The notes beneath the pieces were generated by a model, which was given only the letters and a program-made list of their open reading frames with translations, was not told the DNA's origin and ran no database searches. A stretch of DNA of 64,000 nucleotides from a virus (taxonomy: Duplodnaviria > Heunggongvirae > Uroviricota > Caudoviricetes): positions 1-64,000 of IMG/VR virus record IMGVR_UViG_3300021255_001602, one strand, 5' to 3'. The position numbers and the translations under genes are program-made. Shown here piece by piece: positions 56,948 to 64,000 of the stretch; position 1 is the stretch's first letter, and each line of letters starts with the position of its first letter.

Positions 56948-57280
56948 AAAGCTGAAAGTAACAGAATGAAAGGTGTTCGTACAATCGCCCTTCGTTTAAC
57001 AGGTACTAAAGAAGCGGCAGAAGAACTTGAAGAAATGGGTGAAGATACCTCTGACATGATAGTATCTCAATCCAAAATGCGTGAACTGATTATGAATGCT
57101 ACAAAGGTAGCTTCAAATAATTACAAAGGATTTGATATACAAGACGAGTTAGGTCGCTACAAATCAACTTATGAGATAATGTTGGGTCTCTCCCAAATCT
57201 GGGACGAAATTCGTCAAGCCGACCTTAAAACAGGCGATAACCGTCAGAACTTATTGCTTGAATCAATTGCAGGTAAATTT
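56948..57280 (+). CDS. tail tape measure protein, exon 2 (ORF-track 56966..57340 region; ...GVRTIALRLTGT...LLLESIAGKF)
   Basis: TMP-core-like sequence continues in frame with exon 1; no RBS; ends in intron. Confidence 0.55.
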
Positions 57281-58864
57281 TTGCCTGAAATATATGGAAA
57301 CATATATTTTAGAATGCGTTTAAATGCGTTGATTACCTAAAGCCTTATGCCACAATATAGGAGAAATCACTATATGAAGGATTAACAAGTTAAGGATGAT
57401 ACAATGGTTAATTCGCAGCGAAGCGCCTAAGTATGTTTTAATTAAATATATATGGTGAACGTTCAGAGACTATCCCCGTGTAGGGGTCTTAATAGACCAA
57501 TAGGAGTACGGCTCAATCGCAAATGGAGTGGGTGAGAATCCCTTAAATGGAAACAGCGCATATCCTAACAGATCAAGCTGAGGATAAAGAAATAGTCCGT
57601 GCTTGTGTGAAAGCATAAGAATAATGAATATTAATAGACAAGGAGCAATTATGGCAACAAGAATTTCAAAAGAATTAATTCAAATAATGTATGAAAAATA
57701 TGATAGTGGAATGACTATTGTTGATATATCTAAAGAAACAGGTGTAGGACAAGATACTGTTCGTAAATATATACGAAAAAGTGGACGCAAGCGTAGACCG
57801 TCAATAGAAAAACGGATCGGAGAAGAAGGAATTAAACAGATATGTAATTTATATACTCAAGATGCAATGGATGAGATACGTAGGCTATATCCTGATCTTA
57901 CTAAACAGCAAATATATAGCATTGCCAGTCGGCATCAAGTTAAAAATACTAATTATTTTTGGAGTCAAGAAGAGGTAGAATTTCTAGTTAATAATTTTGG
58001 CATTCTGTCTTATGATGAAATAGCGGCTCATTTTAATAATAGACATAACGTAAAAGCTATATCTACTAAAGCTATAAAACTTGGATTAACGACCTCTCAA
58101 CATTGGACTAAAGAAGAAGAGGATATTATAATTAAATATTACCCTCATATTCCATTAAACGAGGTGTTACAAATGCTTCCTCGCAGAAGTGCAAATGGTT
58201 TAAAGATACACGCTCTAAAAATGGGTGTTAAAGGGCTACAATATCTTTCTGAAAAATATTCAGATGAACAAAAACAATTTATTCTCGATAACTATGTGCT
58301 AATGTCTGACGAAGAAATTGCAAAAGTACTTGGTAAAACACCAGTTGGAATAAAAGAACAAAAACGGAAACTTGGCATTTATCAATTTAATAAAGAATAT
58401 CAAGGGTATGAAAGTTTGAGTAAATTACTTAGAGGTCAAATATCGACTTGGAAAAGATTAAGTTGTGAGCAGTGTGGTTATCAATGTGTTTTAACTGGGT
58501 CTAAAAACTTTGAAATACATCATTTATATAGTTTCAATAAGATATTGCAAGAAGCATTTGAAAGATGTAATGAACAAGGACTATTAAAATCTTATAATAT
58601 AGAAGATTACACCAAAGAAGAGTTGGATGTTATTATTCAACTTTTTTTAGATATACACGAAACCTATCCTTTAGGCGTATGTGTTGAAAAAGACTTACAT
58701 AAATTATTTCATGATATTTATGGTACAGGTGGCAATGTGCCAGAACAATGGGATGATTTTGTAAACAGATATAAAAAAGGTGAGTTTAATAATGTAAAAG
58801 CATCTTAGTTAATATTCATTATTAGGTAGATTTGCGACCTACCTTAACATTTCAAAAAAATAGG
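57281..58864 (+). mobile_element. candidate group I intron (TMP intron 2, ~1.58 kb) carrying an HNH homing endonuclease
   Basis: R element GTTCAGAGACTATCCCCGTG ~57468, identical 49-nt block 57505-57553, S element AAGAAATAGTCCG ~57590, then HEG ORF; exon 3 frame open from 58826. Confidence 0.55.
57651..58808 (+). CDS. intron-encoded HNH homing endonuclease with multiple N-terminal HTH repeats
   Basis: C-terminal CEQCGYQCVLTGSKNFEIHHLYSFNKILQE...H = C-x2-C...HH...N...H HNH motif; N-terminal repeated helix-turn-helix-like segments; ATG 57651 with AAGGAG RBS. Confidence 0.7.
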   Translation: MATRISKELIQIMYEKYDSGMTIVDISKETGVGQDTVRKYIRKSGRKRRPSIEKRIGEEGIKQICNLYTQDAMDEIRRLYPDLTKQQIYSIASRHQVKNTNYFWSQEEVEFLVNNFGILSYDEIAAHFNNRHNVKAISTKAIKLGLTTSQHWTKEEEDIIIKYYPHIPLNEVLQMLPRRSANGLKIHALKMGVKGLQYLSEKYSDEQKQFILDNYVLMSDEEIAKVLGKTPVGIKEQKRKLGIYQFNKEYQGYESLSKLLRGQISTWKRLSCEQCGYQCVLTGSKNFEIHHLYSFNKILQEAFERCNEQGLLKSYNIEDYTKEELDVIIQLFLDIHETYPLGVCVEKDLHKLFHDIYGTGGNVPEQWDDFVNRYKKGEFNNVKAS

Positions 58865-61800
58865 GCGTCCATAGCCAGCAGTATCCTGCAAAATCCAGAT
58901 GTTCTTCAATCCGTTTATGAAGACTCTTCCACTAAATCCGCAGGTTCTGCACTGGAAGAAAATCAGAAATATTTAGATAGTATCTCAGGTCACCTTGCAA
59001 AACTCCAAAATGCTTGGCAAGAACTTTGGGCAAATGCTGCTAATCGTGATGTCATCAACATGTTCATTGACTTAGGCACCACAATCCTTAACTTAATCAA
59101 CGATGTTGGTGGACTTCAGTCTGCTTTTACACTCCTTTGGGGTGGTGCAATTGTTAAAGGATTAGCAACAGCCGATAGCTGGTTAGTTAAATTTGTCCGT
59201 GGGTTAGATGCGGCTAAGGCATCAAGCCAAGGTTTGGGGAATACATTAAGTAATATATTTACTAATTTAGCTGGAAAAACTGATTCTAATAAAGAAACAC
59301 GTTGGAAAGGGCTTGCTCAGATTCAAAAGGATCGTGAAAACGCAAGTCAACAGGCTACTCAAGCTGTAGATAATGTATCTGAAGCAGCGTCTGATATAAC
59401 CGCAAAAGCGGCTAAAGACGCCAAGACACAGTCTACAATTGCTTCCGCACAGGCAACTGGACAAGAAGTTGCAGCTCAAGGGCAATTAGTATCTTCAGAT
59501 ACAGAAGTCACGGGAGCTGAAGGTGCTGAAGCTACGGCAAAAGCAAATAGTACAGCTGAAAGCCAACAAGCGGCTCAAGCATATGTTCAAGAAGCCGAAT
59601 CTGCAAAATTAGCAGCTGATGCTATTAGAGATAAGGCAAATGCTGAAGTCGAATCTTATATTAAAGACGAAGCAAAAGGTCTTAGTCGCACAAAGAAGAA
59701 AGCACTTAAAGGTCAGCGTGGTGATCTTGTAAATGCTGATATCGAATTCTTAACAGATATCAGACCCGAAGCAGACATGGATTGGACAATGATGTATGCT
59801 GAAGGTTTTGAAGATGTTGCTGAAGCGGCTAGTAGTGTTGATGATGTTGTAGTTCAAGAAATTGTCCCGGCTGTTAATGGAGCGACACAACAAATCGGCC
59901 TTATGTCAGTTATGGCTGGTCAAGTTGGAGAAGGATTTGCGGGCATAGGCGCTAGTTTAGCTGGACTTGCTGTTAATCCTATGACGTGGCTTATTGGTAT
60001 TCCAATACTTATTAATGGAATAACTATGGGTATTTCCATGATAAAGAAGCATCAACAAGATATAATTGATCAAGCTCATGAAGCCACAACTTCTTGGGAA
60101 GAAACCAAAACTTCTCTCTCTGATTATGGAACACAATTAACAGAATTACGCACACAATTAAATCAACCAAATCTTTCTGATGCAGAACAATTAAATATTA
60201 AAGAACAAATATTTGATTTACAAAAGAAAATTACAGCTGAATATGGTAAGGCCGCTGAAGGAATAGATTTTGTAAATGGAAATTTAGACACACAATTACA
60301 AAAACTAAGAGAGATTAGTGTTGAAGAAGCTAGGTCTAATTTACGCAATAACAAAGGTTGGGAAAATGCTAGTAATAGGATGAATCAGACAGGTACATAT
60401 AGAATGCTTGTAGGTAATAATCCTAATGCAATCAAAGATGTAATTGGACAATTTGGAGATACTTTTAAATTAGACGAGCCATATAATGGTGGAAATTATT
60501 CTATCGAATTATCAGCGGAATTAAATGTTTATGATGCTGAAAAGAAACTGGAAGAATTATATGATAAATTATATGATTTAAAATCTTCAATGACAGACGA
60601 AGATTGGGCTAAGTCTGGATTAGCCACGAGTTTCCTTTCAGTATCGGCTCAATTACAAGAAATACAAAAAATAACAGATCAAAATAAAGCAGATGCTAAA
60701 GCATATCTAGAAAATAAGCTTATAGCAGAGCAAGATACTACAGGAAAAGATTTATATTATAATTATCAAAAAGCTACAGATGACTATAATAAAGCATTGC
60801 TTATTGGCAATCAAGAGGAAATTGCCAAGACAGAAACCGCATGGCAACGATTGAGTGATCAAAAAGATAAATATTTAAGTAAACATTCCGACTATACGCC
60901 TTTATTTAATGATATAGATGAATCATTAAACGAAACAGCGATTCGTTCTCGTGAATTATATAAGAAAATGACTTCTGAAGAGGGACGGACAGCAATAGAA
61001 GCAACTTTTGGTACTATTAAAGAGAATAAAAAAGTTGGAAAAGACACACAAAAAGAATTGATATCTGCCGCTAAAAACTATTTAAAAGAAAGAAAGAAAA
61101 TTGCTTCTGGTAAAGATGTTGGAGTTACTGAAAATATAGAAACATTACAAAAACTTGAAACGGCTGCACAAAAAGCTGACATTCCGATTAAATCTGTTGT
61201 AGATATGTTAAATAATACTAATTCTATTTCAGGTTTAAAAGACATGCTTGCAAATACGGCTGTTACAGCTGAAGATGTTAGCAATGCACTCATGGGTGCG
61301 AACGATGAGGCTAGTCGAGCAATAGCAGGATTGGCTCAAGATTTTGGTCTTGATTTACATTCTCCTAGAGAAGAGATTGATGCTTTTACAAATTATCTTG
61401 CTGAAATGGGTCATGTTGTGACTTCAACATCAAATACATCTCAAGATTCATTGAATGCTTTCTTTACAGACGTGTCTGGTAAAATTGATAAGCTTAATAC
61501 CTTGACATCCGTTGTTCAAAAAGGACTATCACAAACTGGATTAAGTTTTACAAAGCTTACAGATGAAAAAGGAAACCCGTTACAGAGTGAAGTATCTCAA
61601 ATTATAGACGCTTATAAAAATCTAGAGGGTTATGATCTTGGTTCTTTATTTGAAGAAACGGCGAATGGTATTCAATTAAACATGGACGCTTATCGGGCAT
61701 TGTCTCAGGAAGAAGAAGCCGAAACTAAGCGTCAATATATGCTTGAAAGGGCACGATTAGAAAACGATTTGGCGCATGCGGCTCCTGAAGATCAGAAAGC

Positions 61801-64000
61801 TATTCAACAACAAATCGTTGAACTTGATATGTTGTCTTCTGCTTATGATGGTGCTACTTCTGCGCTTCAAAAATATCTGAATCAACAAAATGCTGCTGAT
61901 TATGGTGATACCTATGCTATGTTGAGGGATACGACATTTAAACGTGGTGATGAATTGTTAAATCAGCATATGATTGGAACTGAAGAGTTCAGAAGTATCG
62001 CTCAATTATTTTCTAATAAATCTTTGGCGACTGCGTCCGTTGATGATGTTGTAGAAGCTTATAAAACTGGTACACAAAATATAAAGAAATATTTTACTGA
62101 AGACGCTGTTGACGGTGTGTATCAGTTTGCCCTTGATATAGAAGGATTAGGAGATAAATTCGGAAATGTCACTCGCTCTATTAATGAACAGGGTGAAGAG
62201 GTTTTTGATTTTTCGTATACAGATGAGCAGGTAAAGAATCTTGCCGATCATCTTCAGGTTTCGGTTGATGTAGTCGAATCGCTGTTTGACCAAATGAGAG
62301 CAACTGGAGCATCTATTTACAGATGGAGAGATGGTGGTTTTAATACTTTCGATGAATTAAATGCAAATATTAATGCCTCTAGAGACAGCCTCAAAGAATT
62401 AGCAAAAGAATCAAATGATCCGAATCTAGTGAACTTAGATATTGATGCCAATGATCTTAATACTGTTGATAAGTTAAAAGAACAAATATCCAGTATGGAA
62501 GATTTAAAAGCAAACTTAGATGTTAATTCTGATGCTTACAAAGAAGCAGAACGTTATATTGATGAGTTAAAAGCTAAGCTTAAAGAATATGAACAAGCTG
62601 CTGAAGATGCTAATAAGCCATTAACTGTAGAAGATTATTCTTCTGCAAATGATATGCTTGATCAAATGAAACAATCATTCGCAGAAATTGCCAAATATAA
62701 AAACGAGGATGGGACATATAAATTTAATATTGAAGAGGGTGGCAGCACTACCCTAACTGAATTAGCTAATCAGATTGCTTTATTGCCACCTGAGATTCAA
62801 GAGGAAATGAAATTTGAGGCTACCACAGACCCTGATGAAATACTTGCCCAAATGCAACAGAAATTTAATGAGCAATATGTTGATGTTCCGGTAGGTGCAG
62901 ATACAGCCCAAGCACAACAAGATGTTGCTCAAATGACAGACACTATGGCTGGCGCAGATGTTCCAATTGATTTATATGCTAATACTGGGCAAATTCAGCA
63001 ACAAGTTGACGAAGTAGCCAACTCATCTGGTACTGTAGATATTGATGCTCAAGTTACAGGCGATAAACCTCTCATTTTGCAATGGATTGATGGAATAAAA
63101 AGTACTCTTGTTATGGAGGCAGATGCTTCAGAAATAGATGCGGCTCGGCAACAGGCCGAACAACCATTAGAAGTTCAAGTGGGCGCTAATACGTCTCAAG
63201 CTCAAAATGATATTAATAATTTGGGAACAGGGGAAAACTCGCCCACAATTACACCACAGGTTGATTCTTCTCAAGCGAAAAGTGATTTAAACAACATTAC
63301 CAATAATGGTGAAACCACGATGATGCATGTTGATGCAGACACATCACAAGCTGACTCAAAGGTTGATGCTGTAATATCTAAAGTCACTTCCCCCATCACG
63401 GCAATCGTAGGCATGGAAGTTGAAGCGTCTGAGGTTGAAACTGCTCGTGCTAACGCTGAAAAGCCTATTGAAACTCCCGTAACGTTTAAAGCAACTAATG
63501 ATATGCAACAAGTAGCTAATGGTGCTGGTGCTCAAGGTGTTACAGCTACTAAGACAGAAAATGTTATTAAGAATGAGCAGACAAATGTAACCGTTAATGC
63601 AAACACTGGACAGTTATCTACTGCTCAGGGTGATATTGACAGATTTAAAGCTAATGATGGCGCATCTGTTAATATGTCTGTTGGCGTATCTGGTGTCGAT
63701 AGCGTTACCCAAGCTTCTGATAAGGTAGACGCTTTAGCGGCTAAAAATGGCAAAAAGGTTAACATTACTATTGGTGGTAATACGGCGGCGTTCAATAAAA
63801 CAATTACCAACGCAACTACTCAATTAAATACCTTAAATAAGAAAACGACTAATCCTGCTATCAAAGCTGATAACAGTAAATTAAAATCTGCTGTAAGCGA
63901 GGCTAAAAGTAAACTTGATACCATTAAAAGTAAAAGTATTACAATTAGTGCTCATAGTAGCGGTTTTGGTTCAATTCTTTCTGAATATAGACAACTAAAA
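58865..64000 (+). CDS. tail tape measure protein, exon 3 (partial; >1700 aa, runs off window end without stop)
   Basis: stop-free frame from 58826 to 64000; begins ...SILQNPDVLQSVYEDSSTKSAGSALEENQKYLDSISGHLAKLQNAWQELW (TMP-core-like), has hydrophobic segment (LMSVMAGQVGEGFAGIGASLAGLAVNPMTWLIGIPILINGITMGI) typical of TMPs; not in ORF track because no stop in window. Confidence 0.6.

Noticed and set aside
56966-57340. Treating ORF 56966..57340 (starting at Met) as an independent 124-aa gene
   Set aside because: It has no RBS. It lies between two intron-like gaps. Its sequence continues the TMP core begun at the end of the 48905 ORF. It is more parsimonious as TMP exon 2 extending upstream of the Met to ~56948.

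Overview
This 64 kb window is one contiguous stretch of a large tailed dsDNA phage genome, siphovirus-like, with no sheath gene seen. The host is probably a low-GC Firmicute: the DNA is AT-rich, RBSs are AGGAGG-type, promoters look like TTGACA-17-TATAAT, and terminators are hairpin plus T-run. It may be a prophage segment, but no integrase or repressor is visible. Essentially every credible gene is on the + strand, often with overlapping stop and start codons. All the long minus-strand ORFs look like antisense artefacts.

Layout:
- 0-9 kb: an early-type region of dozens of tiny genes. It includes a tandem array of four paralogous ~75-aa proteins and many Cys-rich zinc-ribbon mini-proteins.
- 9-22 kb: auxiliary genes. 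These are a GIY-YIG homing endonuclease, a PncA/isochorismatase-like hydrolase, a Sipho_Gp157-like protein, an SPFH/band-7 protein, a pair of 'WETNSSS-HS' paralogs, a nucleotidyltransferase / radical-SAM / cysteine-desulfurase cluster, and an 880-aa orphan.
- 22.5-31 kb: HU with its terminator, a GH25-type endolysin, a cluster of odd low-complexity Gly/Cys/Gln/Tyr-rich proteins, PhoH, a ClpP-like protease, a metallophosphoesterase, a terminator, and a tRNA with anticodon CAT.
- 31-64 kb: the morphogenesis module. It runs small terminase candidate, large terminase, portal, scaffold/protease, major capsid, six connector/tail-completion genes, major tail protein, a homing endonuclease, a RuvC-like resolvase, two chaperone candidates, and a giant tape-measure protein that runs off the window end.

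The most unusual feature is five candidate self-splicing group I introns. Each contains recognisable P/Q/R/S core elements. Two split the major tail protein into three exons. One splits a Gly-rich gene and carries an HNH homing endonuclease. Two split the tape-measure gene; the second carries an HNH homing endonuclease, and the two are paralogous, sharing an identical 49-nt segment.

Manual coordinates for RNA, intron, promoter and terminator features are approximate (about 1-5 nt; splice sites about 30 nt). CDS coordinates follow the supplied ORF track.
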